Below, in pieces: positions 1-18,147 of a stretch of DNA of 64,000 nucleotides. The notes beneath the pieces were generated by a model. The model had not been told where the DNA came from and did not search any database. It worked only from the letters and a program-made list of their open reading frames with translations. The first letter of the stretch is position 1. Every line of letters begins with the position of its first letter. The translations under genes and the position numbers were made by a program. Source of the stretch: the human T2T-CHM13v2.0 reference genome, Homo sapiens; NCBI RefSeq assembly GCF_009914755.1, contig NC_060945.1, one strand, 5' to 3'.

Positions 1-19
1 TAATGACACAGAGTTGAAA

Positions 20-165
20 GTCAAGTTTGAACCTCTCTTCTTAGGCATATAACTGTAGGCAAATTGTGTCAACTCTGGCCAGTTTTCACATTTAAAATAG
101 AGATGATAATGCTGCCCACTTAATGGGTTTGCTCTAAGAATTAAATGATATTGTTTACGGTGCCC
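20..165 (+). mobile_element. MIR SINE fragment
   Basis: CAGTTTTCACATTTAAAATAGAGATGATAATGCTGCCCACTTAATGGG...GAATTAAATGA resembles the MIR core; boundaries approximate. Confidence 0.55.
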
Positions 166-639
166 AGAAGGAAGGTAGGCCCACTGGCAGTCAGCGCACG
201 TAATGGACCAAGGGGTCTTTGAAGAAAGAACATATCCAAGTACAGGCGATGAGCTTGTATTTGAGCACAATGGGGCAATGTTGAATGGCAGTATGGGAGG
301 TGCTATCTGTGATCCTCCCACAGTCTGATGACAGGGCCAACACCAAAAGGTGTGATCTAATCAAGCACCAAGCGCCCACGCAAGGGTGCTGTCCAAACCA
401 GAGACAGCCTATGGGGACTGCCAGTTAGCTCTGCCAAAAAACATCCTTCCTGTCCAAGTCTCCCCCAAGTCTCTAATAAGAAGAGCCACCTTGAAGCTTT
501 GGACTCCAAGCATGGCTTTCCGGTACAACTTTAACACAGAAGTTTATATTCAATTACCTACAGATACCAAAATTATCATTACTATCATTATTAATAAACA
601 TACAGTTAATTACAACAAGGTACGACAAATCTATAATAG

Positions 640-1450
640 ACGTAGGCTAGGCTGCTATGGTTGATGAGAGTATAGAGGGAACAGCACTTCCCAAATTGGA
701 GCAGAGGAAAGAAGGTTTATAGAAGGCACCCAGAGGAGAAAAAACTTGAATCAAGTCTTCAAGAATGAATATGAGTTATTCTGGAGAAGAAAGTATGTGT
801 GTTTGGCAGGAAGTACAAATGCTTGGAGAAGACAAATTAAATAGCACATCCAAACTATGGGGATGTGAAAGAATGTGGAGTGTTGGTAGACTTATGAAAG
901 GGTAGCATGGGCCAGGACATAACCTAAATGTGGGAGAATGGAGAGAAAGGATGCTGTTCAAATTATGGATGGCTTTGTGTACGATGTTGAATTGAGACAT
1001 TGTGTTCAATAATATAAGGAGACATAAAATGACTTTCAGGGTGGTGGATGGTGGGAGGTCATGATTATCTGTATTTTAGACTTTCTACTCAGAGAGTAGT
1101 GGGGAAGTTGACTGAAGGAGTTTAAGATTAGTAACCAGGAGAGCCCCATCATATCAATGCAGTAATCTCATGGGGAGTGGCAATGGCTAAAGTAGTAGCA
1201 GTAGCAAGGAAGGAAACAATTAGATACACACTTGAGAGGTAGAATTGGCACTTGAGACAACTGGCTGAAGAACAAGGAGAACTCTTCAAATATTACCAGG
1301 TCCCTGGCCTGGACAACTGAGTTGATGTGGCATTATCAAGCATGGGATGTAGAAGACCAGGGTCAGTTTGTTGATTATGTGTAGACTCTGAGATGTCTGT
1401 GGAACACTATTCCAATGAGACCTGGAGCTCCCTGTATATAGTGATATTTT
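640..1450 (-). mobile_element. L2 LINE fragment
   Basis: Purine-rich text typical of the L2 antisense strand (GAAGGCACCCAGAGGAGAAAAAACTTGAATCAAGTCTTCAAGAATGA); highly diverged, boundaries approximate. Confidence 0.5.
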
Positions 1451-2283
1451 CAAGTTGTGACAGATGTGTATTTTACCAACTGGATGATCTCCATGTCTCA
1501 TATTATCTTCCCCACATGATTCTTGTGAGTATGGGCCTCAAAAGGCACCTGGTGTGAGATTTAGAAGACAGAAGTGAAGTCGCATTGGATTATTTTTATG
1601 CTCCAGAGGTTGGAGCTGGGTATGAGATACAGTAACTACACAGTCAAGTTCTACCTGCCAACTCACCTTGGTGGCAACATTCAGCCTCATTCCTGTATAA
1701 TCCTCTGTTCCTGCTGTAGCTCCTTCTTCAGCATCTCTTGGGCTGGGTGAATAAAAAAGGGGACTGGCTTCTACAGGACACCCATGTTATCAAGGGTTAC
1801 TTCTTAGTAAGAGACTGACGTGTGTTCCAGTTCATCTTCATAAGCCAACTCATCCAGAAGGTCCCAGTTTTTCCTCCTGGGTTCTAGCTCAGACTGTCAG
1901 GTTCCACTTTGTCCATGGTTTCTTTCTTAAATGCCTGCTGTGAAGACTTCAGGCTGATATAGAAGAAAAGAGCCTCCCATATTACTATTGAATTGCCTCC
2001 CAAAACTGCAAAAGGTCAAGTCTCTATGGATAATCCTTACTGGTTCTTCTACTCTGATTGAAGCCTGACTGACACAACAAATGTGATTTTTATAAACCTC
2101 TTTTTCATTGTATACAGCTTGGTATACATAGTCCAACTATCCAGACACTTTGGTCCCTGGGACCAAAGGTTAGCAGTTTTAGAATTCCATCAGTCTAGCA
2201 CCCTGCTGTTCAGTTAGCATTAAGCCAGTGGCCCATCTCCTCAAGCTCAGAAATCATGTGTACAATAGATTGAAAATCTAAAG

Positions 2284-2503
2284 CAGGGGTTGGCCTGCAT
2301 TTTCTGTGAAGTGCCTAATAGTAAATATTTTAGGATTTGTAGCCCATAAAGTCTTTATTGCAACTATTCTGCTTGCAATATTGAATAACAAGCAGCCATA
2401 GAAAATATAGAAATTTTAAAATATGGCTGTGTCACAATAAAACTTTACTTACAAAAACAAACAGTACAGATTTGGCCTATAGACCATGATTTGACAATGC
2501 CTA
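2284..2503 (-). mobile_element. MER58A-like hAT-Charlie MITE
   Basis: Starts CAGGGGTTGGC; contains ATAGTAAATATTTTAGG and GGCTGTGTCACAATAAAACTTTACTTACAAAAACA; ~220 bp. Confidence 0.75.
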
Positions 2504-2678
2504 ATTTAGACAAAATAGTATAAGTTCTTTATCATAAAAGTACATTTAAAATGTTCACAAATACATTTAACATTGAGAAAAAAAATCATTTCAAGGTCAG
2601 ACAGCCTGAGATCTAATCACAGCTCTGCTACTCTCTGATGCTCCATTTTCTCATTTTAAATAGAGGCAAGAAAGTAAG

Positions 2679-3201
2679 TGCAGTGTTTTAAAATATATCC
2701 ACAAGTTTATTGACATGCTGTCTTTTGAAAGGCAACATATAATTCCCTTTCCCCTGAATATGGACAGGACATAATGACTCTAAATGAATAGAAAGTTGCA
2801 GAAGGTGTATTTGCATAATTCCGAAGGCTAAGTTAGAAAAAAAGATGATTCAGCTTCAACTTGACTCCCTCTCAGGATAATCACACATAAAACACAACAG
2901 CCAAGCTGTGAGAAACCCAAGTGGCCAAACAGAAAGGCATGTCGAGATGTTTTGACCAAAGGCCCCACCAGAGGTCCCAGCCAACAGCTAGCATCATCTG
3001 CCAGACATGCAAGTGATTGGGCCACAGATGATTCCAGTCCCCAACTTTTGGGATAATACAATTGATGCCAAATAGAGCAGAAATATTTGTCTACACAAAC
3101 CTCACATAGATTGCAGAAACTTAAGTAAAATAAATTTTGTCATTATCTGAAACCACTAAGTTTTGGGGTCATTTGTTACATAGCAATAGATTGCCAGAAC
3201 A
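2679..3201 (+). mobile_element. MLT1F/G-like MaLR solo LTR
   Basis: TG...TTTAAAATATATCCACAAG start; ends TTTTGGGGTCATTTGTTACATAGCAATAGATTGCCAGAACA (MLT1 3' end). Confidence 0.7.
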
Positions 3202-4169
3202 AAAGGATTCCCAGAGACTCCTCACTTATTACAATAAGATAATTTTGTGGGAATCTCCCTAATCTATTGACCTGCTCACTTGGATCTTCGTACCAAAGAC
3301 AATATATGTGTGCACTTGACCATTGAAGAAAGCTTCTCAACCATCAAGGAGAAGTCTGAGAAAACAAGCCAGAATACCATCAAAAGCCACAGAGAGAATT
3401 TAAGAGGCTGAACCTAATGATCCAACCTGGAATTTGACCAAAACTCTAGGCTTGACACTTCCAGCTCTTTTTAAAACGATGTCATGGGACTTTCAACAAC
3501 CAGCCTAGATCAGGACTACAGCTGGCCAAACCATCTTTATGTGAAATGGAACACCACTGCAGAAAAATAGGCCAGTGAATTTTGAACTACAAAGTTTGGG
3601 CTTTAATTTATTTTGAGCAGAATTCTTTTCAACAGAAATGTAAACCAATTTTAAAAGTTGGCTTCTAAGAGACATGAATGGCTACAGGTCAGTTACAATT
3701 GGTTAATTTAAGGTTCATTCTTAAGTTCAACATTATAAGATGGAGTATAGGAAACAGAATGCCTACACTTTTTGATCTAAATATTGGGATAAAAACCTCT
3801 ATGGCTAGAATAATTCTTTCATAAAGACAAAGATGATACTAAGAATAAAAGAGAAAAAAGAGAATAAGCCTAGAAACACGGGATTGTAGTTTGATGATAT
3901 GATGTGTGGATGGTGGGTATGAAAAGAGAAGCCCTCGGTTGTGTAAGTGAGTAGGTGTGAGTGAATATAAATATTGAAATTAAAGAACAGGCCTTACAGA
4001 GAATGGAATATGAGAAAATTCTTCAATTACATTTCTTTGCAGCACCTTCTTTCTTTCCCAAAACTATGTGCTTTAGTGACACTGACCTACTTACTCATTC
4101 TTCAGTTTGCCATTTTTTCCAAAATGATATAACTTTGCTACTCTAGGCTCTTTCATAGAATGTTCCCAG

Positions 4170-4415
4170 AGCAGTGCTTTGAAGTAGAGGAAACATGGAG
4201 TCATGCAACCATGGATTCAGAGGTCACATCTGCCTCTATCAAACTGTGTAAACTTGAGCCTTTGTTATTTACGACCATTAATTTCAAAACCTGTAAAATG
4301 GGGATAAGATATCCAGCCATATGGTGATCATAGGGTTCAAGTAAGGCAATATTCATGAAACACTGACCACAATATCACAAGACAACATGTAGGACAAGTT
4401 TAGTAAAGATTAATC
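4170..4415 (+). mobile_element. MIR SINE
   Basis: CCTGTAAAATGGGGATAAG core motif with MIR-like flanks. Confidence 0.55.
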
Positions 4416-5167
4416 TTCCCAGAGCCCCCAATTTACTACTCCGTGACTTCTACTTAGGCTTCACAGTCCGATGCAGTGTCACCTCCTCCATGCAGTCCTT
4501 GCCAAAGCCCCCAAGCAAAATTTGGTATCTTTCTCCAAGCTGTCAAAGCATCTTAGTCATATTGTATGGTCTTAGTATGATTACATGTCTATCTACCCCA
4601 TGTGGATTTGGACTTTATCAATTTCTTGTGTTTCGTACCTTCATCATGATAGTCTAGGGATTTCTGTTTTGTAACAAAGGCATTCATCAAGATGACATTT
4701 ACAAAAATTAGTATGTACTATCTGAGAATGTTGAAATGTGGATTACTCAGTTCTTGGAAGTGTGTTAGCCTGCACTGCAGAGACCATCACTCTCTCTCTC
4801 CTCTGGTTCCCGTTTGCCCAGCTATCACCCTTAATTGATTTATGGGGGACCCTGCTCTTCTTTATGACCTTGCCTCTCATGTTCTCTCAAGTTAGTTTCT
4901 TTTTGTAAAACTATACCTTTGCTAATGAAATACCACCAATGGACGCTATAAGGTACTCTTGAAACATGTAATACAACACATTATATACTGCCCAAAGGGG
5001 TAGTACTAACTACAAAGGATGAAAAAACTACGACTACTGTAAAAGTTTACTTTTAGGAATGTGTTTTTTCTCCTTATGTTTTAATCTCAAAAAAGGTTTA
5101 CACTCCGATCCCTTTATTTCAATCTACATATTCTTAAACTGCTAAATGTCTAGAAATAATTATAATA

Positions 5168-5305
5168 CAACTAATGTTTACTCAGTATTTACTATGGCAC
5201 AACACCAGAAAAGCTTTTTATGTGTCATCTCATTTTATTGCTATGGCAAACTTACAGGAGAGATATTATCATTATGCCAATTTCACAGATGAGGAAGTTA
5301 AACCA
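5168..5305 (-). mobile_element. MIR SINE fragment
   Basis: ATTATCATTATGCCAATTTCACAGATGAGGAAG is the antisense MIR core. Confidence 0.55.
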
Positions 5306-6026
5306 TCATTAGACTAATTCTAATTTTAAAAGCCTAGTTTGCACATTATGCACTATTTATACATGGACTTATATATTGACAGAATTAGCTACCTCCTAGG
5401 GTTTATGATATTTTCATTATTTTCTTTTCTAACATTTAGGTACATAAAGAGCCTATGTTAAGATTTTTCTAGCTATAAATAAAGCAGCTTTGTTTATATG
5501 ATTGCCTTCTGTCATTTGACAGGAATGCATATAAATAGGAAACCAAGTAAATACATTTTATTAAAAATAGGAAGCAGACAAAGAAAAAGTCAAAAAGTTC
5601 AGGATGGATGCTTCTTACTGCAGGCACTGAAGGGGAGGAACTGTGGCAGTCAAAGGGTTACACAAGAACTTACAACTTCCTGAGCAGTTGAAATAATCAA
5701 AAAGAAACAGAAGCTATCCTAATAGTAACATTTATTTACTTTTACCAAAGTAGTAGGTGTCTAAGATCTACAGTAAGCTACTGATTTTTGCATTTACTCT
5801 ACTGATTTCCTTGTAATAAACAGAAAACTGATCAAAGGCAGCCTTCTCAAATTACTTATATTTATTACAAGATTATTCTACCATAACAAACAAATCTCCA
5901 AAATAGAAAAATTTGATTTTTGTGGACCAAATGTTGTTATTTATACACATTCATTCTCCTCGACAGGCATATTCCTTTAGGTTACAGGTAAAAGCCCTTA
6001 GGTGAGTGCCTATCATGGTCCATTAA

Positions 6027-6762
6027 TGTCTTAGGCCATTTGGGCTGCTATAACAAAGTACCATAAACTAAGTGGCTTATAAACAACATAAATTTATTTC
6101 TCAAAGTTCTGGAGGCTATGAAACATAAAGCCTTCTGTTGCCAGCAGATTCAGTGTTTGATGAAGGCTGAATTTCTGGCTCATACACAGTAATATGGTTT
6201 GGTTCTCTGTCCCCCCAAAATCTCATCTCAAATTGTAATCCTATGCCAAGGAAGGGACCTGGTGGGAAGTGATTGGATCATAGGGGCAGTTTCCCCACGC
6301 TGTTCTCATGATTGTGAGTTCTCACAAGATCTGATTGTTTAAAAGTATTTAGCAGCTCCTCTATCACTCACTCTCTCTCCTGCTGCCTTGTGAAGAAGGT
6401 GCCGGCTTCCCCTTCACCTTCTGCCATGATTGTAAGTTTCCTGAGGCTTCCCCAGCCATGCGGAAATGTGAGTCAAACCTCTTTTGTTTATAAATTACCC
6501 AGTCTCAGGTAGTTCTTTATAGCAATGTGAAAATAGACTAACACACACAGCATCTTCTTACTGTGTCTTCACCTGGTTAAAAGGGTGAGGGGTCTGTCTC
6601 AGACCTCTTTTATAAGGGCATTGATCCCATTCATAAAAGCTATGTACCCATGACCTAATCACCTCCCACAGCGCCCCCCCTCCTCCCAGTCCTAATATCA
6701 TCACCTTGGGGATTAGGATTTCAACATATAAATTTGGGGGAACAAACATTGAGACCACAGCA
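6027..6762 (-). mobile_element. MLT1A/MSTD-like MaLR LTR interrupted by a THE1 LTR
   Basis: TGTCTTAGGCCATTTGGGCTGCTATAACAAAGTACCAT ... GACCTAATCACCTCCCA ... AAACATTGAGACCACAGCA. Confidence 0.8.
6190..6545 (+). mobile_element. THE1 (THE1D-like) solo LTR
   Basis: TAATATGGTTTGG...AAATTACCCAGTCTCAGGTAGTTCTTTATAGCAATGTGAAAATAGACTAACACA; perfect 5-bp TSD CACAG at 6185-6189 and 6546-6550. Confidence 0.88.
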
Positions 6763-7284
6763 GATAGCAGTGTCTTGGGGGGATAATGACTTGGGGCCCT
6801 TTTTACCATATATCAAATGGATGCTTTCTCCCTGGTAGCTTCCTAGGCCATTGCTCTAGATTGAATCCAATAAGAAATCTCTCATGAGAGCAAATTCCAA
6901 AAAGCAGACCTTCCGGAAGGAGGACAGAAGAGAGAGAGCATACCTGTGCATGTTTCAGTGGGAGCAATTGCCATGGAGTGTAAGAAAAAAGAGATCTTAT
7001 ACCCCTGTATTCTGATTAGTTCCTCCAGGAATTTTTCTGTTCACATCCTTGATAAGATGGCTTGCACACAAATTATAAAACAACAACATATTGTTTGTAG
7101 ATATGATTAGTGCCTATGTTGGTTCTATTATCCTACCAAAACTAGCCTTTATAGTCATGCAAATAAGGTATCCCTAATATACTGATGTTAATAAATTTAG
7201 TGGTGTTGATTAGTGGTATGGCCAGAAGTGGACTTAGAATCATAATTCATGCATTCAAACACTCGGCAATTTTGCAGTGAAACA

Positions 7285-7520
7285 CTATGTTGCAGTAAAA
7301 GGCATCATTTTTGAGATCAGAGAGTCCTAGACTTAAATACAGCCTTTGATATTTATAAGATACATCAAAATAATTAACCTCTTTGCATCTTATTTTCCAT
7401 CCATTTAAACCAATAATAGTAATATTTTCCCTGAAATACTATTTTGAGAATTAGAGATAAGTGCTACAAAATTCATGATGCTCACATTTGGAACATAATA
7501 AAAAATTATTAAAATTATTG
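7285..7520 (+). mobile_element. MIR SINE (degraded)
   Basis: GAGATCAGAGAGTCCTAGACTTAAATACAGCC ... GAGAATTAGAGATAA pattern. Confidence 0.4.
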
Positions 7521-7544
7521 TAAAAGAAAAAATACAACAGAGAA

Positions 7545-8535
7545 AACCAAAACACAAATGGATTTAAATGATTAACAAAAACCGATAAATGACTAAAAAG
7601 ATTCTTTTAAAAAGGAAGGACACATTAATAACCAATTACCAATATCAGAAATAAATGTGACAATATCACTATATATCTTACATACATCCAAAGGCTAATA
7701 AGAAAATATTTTCAGCAAATTTATACCAATAAATTTGATAATTGAAACAAAAATTTTCTTGAAATAACACAATTCCCCAAAAGTGACACAAAAAGAGACA
7801 ATGTGAATAGCATTAAATAAATTGAGGTCATAATCTAAAACTTTTCCACAATGGCACAAGAAAGCTTCAAATCAAGATGGCTTCACTGATGGATTCTATC
7901 AAACATTTACAATCAGTTTTATATAAACTCAGAATATAGGAAATAAGGGACTACTTCCCAAATGATGTTATGAGATCAGCAGGACTCTGATGCCAAAATA
8001 TAATTAGGGCATTATAAGAAAAGAAATTACAGATGAATATCTCTCATGAAAATAAATGTAAATATTCTTATCAAGTATTTAAGTCAGATCAGCAATATAT
8101 AAGAGGCTAATACCTTATGATCAAGTATTCAATATTTTACATTTGTAAATCAGTCAACATAACTGATTAACAGTATAAAAGAGAAAAATCTTATGAACAT
8201 TTCAGTGTATGCAGAAAACATTTTTGACAAAATTTAACATTAATTCAGGATTTTAAAAAATCTCTTAGCAAACTATAACTACAGAGTAACTAAATCAATC
8301 TGACAACAGGCATCTGCAAAGAAACCTACAGCTAACATATTTCTTAATGGTGAAATAGTGAACCCTTTCCCAGATCAAAGATGTCTACTTTCACCACTTC
8401 TATTTAATATCATATGTAGGTCCTGCTGAAGAAATAAGGTTGTTAAAAAGAAGCAAAGTAATAAAGGTTGAAAAGAAGGAAACACAAATGTATTATGAGA
8501 CTATATGATTATATACATAGAAAATCCTAATGAAT
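7545..8535 (+). mobile_element. Old L1M LINE, ORF2 fragment
   Basis: A-rich; matches L1 ORF2 region upstream of and into RT (GATGGCTTCACTGATGGATTCTATCAAACATTTA; TTTGACAAAATTTAACAT; CCTACAGCTAACAT). Confidence 0.7.
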
Positions 8536-9059
8536 AGTATTGATATTCAGAATATCCCTAATGTCAAATTAATTATGTGCCTAGAAGCAAGAATAACATC
8601 CGTTCATTTCCAATGCATTTTACCAATTACCATATTCATCAATAAATTACACATTATATTTGACCATTATGTGTACCTATGAATAGAGGAAGAATATTAA
8701 TTCAGGAATAAAACATATGTTGAGTATTATGTTCCATACCTACCATCACAATTAGTCCCTGCCCTCAAAGAGTTTACAGTCTTGTGAAATCCAAGACTTA
8801 ATATGGGACTTAGATAACATTTACATTTTACAGTTAAATTCACAATTAATATGCATGATGGTTCTATTTTCCATGAGTCACAACTTACCGGTCAGCCTCT
8901 GCTGTTATTGTCACAGGTAAGTCAATTGTCCCCATGGCCATTTACTAGTCAGATGGGATAATAAAAACTAAATCTGAGATGTGACAAGTCTTGGGTAGAG
9001 TACAATGTATGGTCCTCTCTACCTCATGCTATAATCACACTATTGCACTACAGCCTGAT

Positions 9060-9600
9060 ACCTTGTCCCTATTAAAAAAATTAAGAAAGATAACTTAGAG
9101 GGTTCTACTTCTTAAACTCTACAGTTTGTTTGCAGGTTTCTAATAAGCTAAGCAAGTTTGAATAATGACATTTGAGCTCTCTGATTTTTCCTTGATGTAA
9201 TTTTCCCATCAATTAAAAAATGATTATGAGAGTGGGCCATAATATGTAGCCAACTGGAGTTTCAGAAAACTTAGCATGTGTTAATGTTTGAGAATCTCAT
9301 TTATTTTTTATTAACCCCTCAAGAACAGAGAAAATCTTATAAATCCTGCCAGAAAATATCAGAAGTTTGGACCATTTTAGATGGTGGTAACTGCCCTAGT
9401 GGCTTTTAATTAGCCATATTGTGCCTACCATTTAGAACGTTTATTTTTGCTCTTGGAAGATTTTCAGAAACAATTAATAAGAGCCAAACCATTTATAGAT
9501 GCACATAACCAAACCAAAATCAGAGTATTCACAAACATGTTAACCCAAGTATGCAGATCAAACAAAACATTAAACTAGGCACACAGAACCAAAGTGCATA
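9060..9600 (-). mobile_element. MER4-group (ERV1) internal fragment
   Basis: Reverse complement reads GGCAGGATTTATAAGATTTTCTCTG...ACTCCAGTTGGCTACATATTATGGCCC...GGAAAATTACATCAAGGAAAAATCAGAG, recalled as MER4-group internal sequence. Confidence 0.5.
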
Positions 9601-11727
9601 GATGGGGGGACCTCTCCCCAAGCCAAGGGAAGCAGTGAGGGACTGTGCTACCCACCAGGGGTACTACACTTTTTCCACAGATTTTTGCAATCCATGGATC
9701 AGGAGATTCCCTCATGAGCCTACACCACCAGGGCCCTGAGTCTCAAGCACAAAACCAGGCGGCTGCTCAGGCAGGCACTGAGCTGCAGGAGTTTTTACCT
9801 ACTGCAGTGGCACCTGAAACTCCAGCAAGACAAGAGAACCATCCACTCCCATGGAAACGGGGCTGAAGCCAGGGAGCCAAGCAGTCTCGCTCAGTGGGTC
9901 CCACCCCCATGGAGTCCAGCAAGCTAAGAACTACTGGCTTGAAATTCTCACTGCCAGCACAGAAATCTGGAGTCTTCCTGGGATGTCCGAGTTCCCAGGG
10001 GGAGGGGTGACCACAATTACTGTGGCTCTAGTCAGTGGTTTTCCTCTGACAGTGCTAAGGAGACTGGGAGGTTTAGACTGGGTGGAATTCCCCACAGCAC
10101 AGCAAAATGGCTGTGGCCAGACTGCTTCTCTAGATCCTTCATACCTGGAAGGAGGAAGTCCAGCAGCTCCAGGGGCTTACAGACAGAACTCTCATCTCCC
10201 TCGGACAGAGCGCCTGGGGGGAGGTGCTGCCGTGGCCTCAGGTTCAAAGGGCTTAATCTTTTCTGCCTGCCGGCTCTGAAGAGAACGGCTGATTCTGATT
10301 AGGTGGATTCGCCCAGCATAGCACACCAGCTCTGCTAAGGGAGAGACTGCCTCCTCAAGTGGGTCCCTGATCCCATGCCTCCTGACTGGGTGAGACCTCC
10401 CAACAGGGGTGGACAGACACCTCATACAGGAGAGCTCCAGCTGGCATCATGTCTGTGCCCTTCTGGGACAAGCTTCTGCAGAAGAAGCAGGTGGCAATCT
10501 TTGCTATTCTGCAGCTTCCACTGGTGATACCCAGGTGAACAGGATCTGGAGTGAACCCCCAGCAAACCGCAGCAGACTTGCAGAAGAGGGGCCTGTTAGA
10601 AGAAAAACAAACAAACAGAAAGCAACAACAACAACCACATCAACAAAAAAAGACCCCATAAAAACCCCACTTTGGATTTCCGTAACCTCACAGAAATCCA
10701 AAGGTCAACAGCCAGCCTCAAAGATCAAAGGTAGATGAATCCACAAAGATAAGAAAAAAACAGCACAAAAATGCTGAAAATCCCAAAAGCCAGAATGCCT
10801 CTTTTCCTCCAAATCATCACAACACTTCTCCAGCAAGGGCACTAAATAGGGCTGAAGCTGAGATGGATGAACTGACAGAAGTGGCTTCAGAAAGGGGGTA
10901 ATAATAAATTTCACTAAGCTAAAGTATTATGTTCTAACCCAATGTAAGGAAGCTAAGAAACATGATAAAAGATTACAGGAGCTGTTAACTAGAAAAACCA
11001 GTTTCAAGAGGAACATAAATGACTTAATGGAGCTGAAAAACACAGCAGGATAACTTCGTGATGCAAACACAACTATCAATAGCCAAATCAACCAAGTGGA
11101 AGAGAGAATATCAGAGCTTGAAGACAATCTTGCTGAAATAAGGCAGGCAGACAAGATTAGAGAAAAAAGAATGAAAAGTTGTGAACAAAACCTCAAGAAC
11201 TGTGGGGCCATGTTAAAAGACCAAACTTACGACTGATTGGAGTACCTGGAAGAGATGGGGAGAATGGAAAAAAGTTGGAAAACACATTTCAGGACATCAC
11301 TCAGGAGAACTTCCCCAACCTAGCAGAACAGGTCAATATTCAAATTCAGGAAATCCAGAGAACCCCAATAAGATACTCCACAAAAAGGTCTACCACAGCA
11401 GAACTCTCAGTGGAAACCCCACAAGCCAGAAGAGATTGGGGGCCAATATTCAACATTCTTAAAAAAAAGAAGTTCCAACCTAGAATTTCATATCTGACTA
11501 AACTAAGTTTTATAAGCAAAAGAGAAATAAAATCTTTTTCAGACAAGCAAATGCTGAGGGATTTTGCCAGCACCAAGCCTGCCTTGCAAGAGCTCCTGAA
11601 GTAAACACTAAACATGGATAGAAAAAAACGTTACTAGCCGCTGCAAAACACACTGAAGTAAACAGAGCAATGACACTATGAAACAACTACATTAACAAGT
11701 CTGCAAAATTAACCAGCCAGCATCATG

Positions 11728-15884
<4,157 letters not shown>

Positions 15885-18147
15885 ACAATGAGGACACATG
15901 GACACAGGAAGGGGAACAACACTTTTACTGGGCCTGTCAGAGGAGGGAGGTGGGGAAGAAAGCAATAGGGAAAAGAGCTAATGCATGCTGGGCTTAATAG
16001 GTAGGTGACGGGTTGATAGTTGCAGCAAACCACCATGGCACATGTTTTTCTATGTAACAAACATGCACATCCTGCACATGTACCCTGGAACTTAAAAAAT
16101 ACAAATAAAATACTTATTTTTAAAAAAAGACAGAGTTGCCAGTGGCATTTAAAAAAAAAAAATTCATTCATCTGCTGTCTTCAAGAGATCCACTTCACAT
16201 GTAATGACACACAGGCTCAAAGTAAAGGGTTGCAGAAAGATCTACCATGCAAACGGCAAACAAAAAAGAGCAGGGGATGCTATTTTTATATCGGATGAAG
16301 GAGATTTTCAAACTAACAACAGTAAAAAAGAACAAAGAAGGACATTACATAATGATAAAGGGTTGAATTCAAAAGACTAACCTATCCTAAATATATATGC
16401 GCCCAACACTGGAGCACCTAGATTCATAAAACAAATTCTTGGAGACTTATTAAGAGACACCAATAACCACACAATAATACTGGGAGATTTCAACACCCCA
16501 CTACAATTTTAGACAGATCACCAAGGCAGAATACTAACAAAGATATTCAGGACCTAAACTTGACACTTGACCAAATGCATCTAATGACATCTACAAAACA
16601 CTCCACCCAACAAAAACAGAATATATATTCTTCTCATGTGCAAATGGCACATACTCTAAAATTGACCACATGCTCGGCCATAAATCAAGTCTCAAAAAAG
16701 TCAAAAAACTTTCAAAATCATACGAACCACACTCTTGAACCACAGGACAATAAAAATAGAAACCAATACCAAAAAAGCTCTCTCAGAACCATGCAGTTAT
16801 ATGGAAATTAAACAATATACTCCTGAATGACTTTTGGGTAAATAGTGAAATTATGACAGAAATCAAGAACTAATGAAACTGATGAAAACAAGATACAACA
16901 TACCAGAATCTCTGAGACACCGCTAAAGTAGTGATAAGAGGAAGTTTAGAGTGCTAAATGCCCACATCAAAAAATTGAAAAGATCTTAAATTAGCAACCT
17001 AACATGACACATAGAGGAAACAGAATAAAAAGAGCAAACCAATTCCAAAGCTAGCAGAATAAAAGATATAATCAAAATCAGAGCTGAACTGAATGAAATG
17101 AAGATGAGAAAAAACATGATATTCCAAAGATCAGAATGAAACCAAAAGTTAATTTTTTAAAGAATAAATAAGATTTATAGACTTATAACTAGACTAATAA
17201 AGAAAAAAGGGAGAAGATCCAAATAAACACAATCAGAAATGACAAAGGGAGCATTACCATTGATCCCACAAAAATACAAAAAAAAAAAAAACCCTCAGAG
17301 ACCATTAGGAACACTTTTATGCACACAAACTAGAAAACCTAGAAGAAATAGATAAATTCCTGGAAACATACAACCTCTTAAGATAAAACCAGGAAGAAAC
17401 TGAATACCTGAACAGACCAATAACAAATTCTGAAATTGAATCAGTAATAAACAGCCTACCAAGCAAAAAAAAAAAAAAAAAAGCCCCCGGACCAGAACGA
17501 TTCACAGCCAAATTCTACCAGATGTATACAGAAGAACTGGCACCAGTCCTATTGAAATTATAAAATATTGAAAGGGAGAGACTCCTCTCTAACTCATTCT
17601 ATGAGGCCAGAATCATTTTGATACCAAAATCTAGCAGAGACACCACAAAAAAAAAAATTTAGGCCAATGTGCCTAATGAACATAGATGCACAAATCCTCA
17701 ACAAAATGCTAGCAAACCAAATCCAGCAGCACATCAAAAAGCTAATCCACCAACATCAAGTAGGCCTTATTTCTGGGGTGCAAGGTTGGTCCAACATATG
17801 CAAATCAACACATGTTATTCACTACATAAACACAACTGAAAACAAAAAACATATGATCATCTGAAATACATACAGAATAGGCTTTTTCTAAACTTAACAT
17901 CCCTTCATGTTGAAAATTCTGAACAAACTAGGCATGAAGGTACATACCTCAAAATAATAAAAGCTATCTATGACAAATTCACAGCCAACATCATACTGAA
18001 CAGGCAAAAGCTGGAAACGTTCCCCTTGAGAACTGGGACAAGATAAGGATGTCTGCTCTCACCACTCCTATTCAACATAATACTGGAAGTTCTAGCCAGA
18101 GAAGTGAGGCAAGAGAAAGAAATAAAAAGCATGAAAATAGGAAGAGA

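Noticed and set aside
3440-3560. Possible ancient SINE (AmnSINE/LF-SINE-like) remnant
   Set aside because: Only a short resemblance (GTCATGGGACTTT...TCAGGAC); too weak to call
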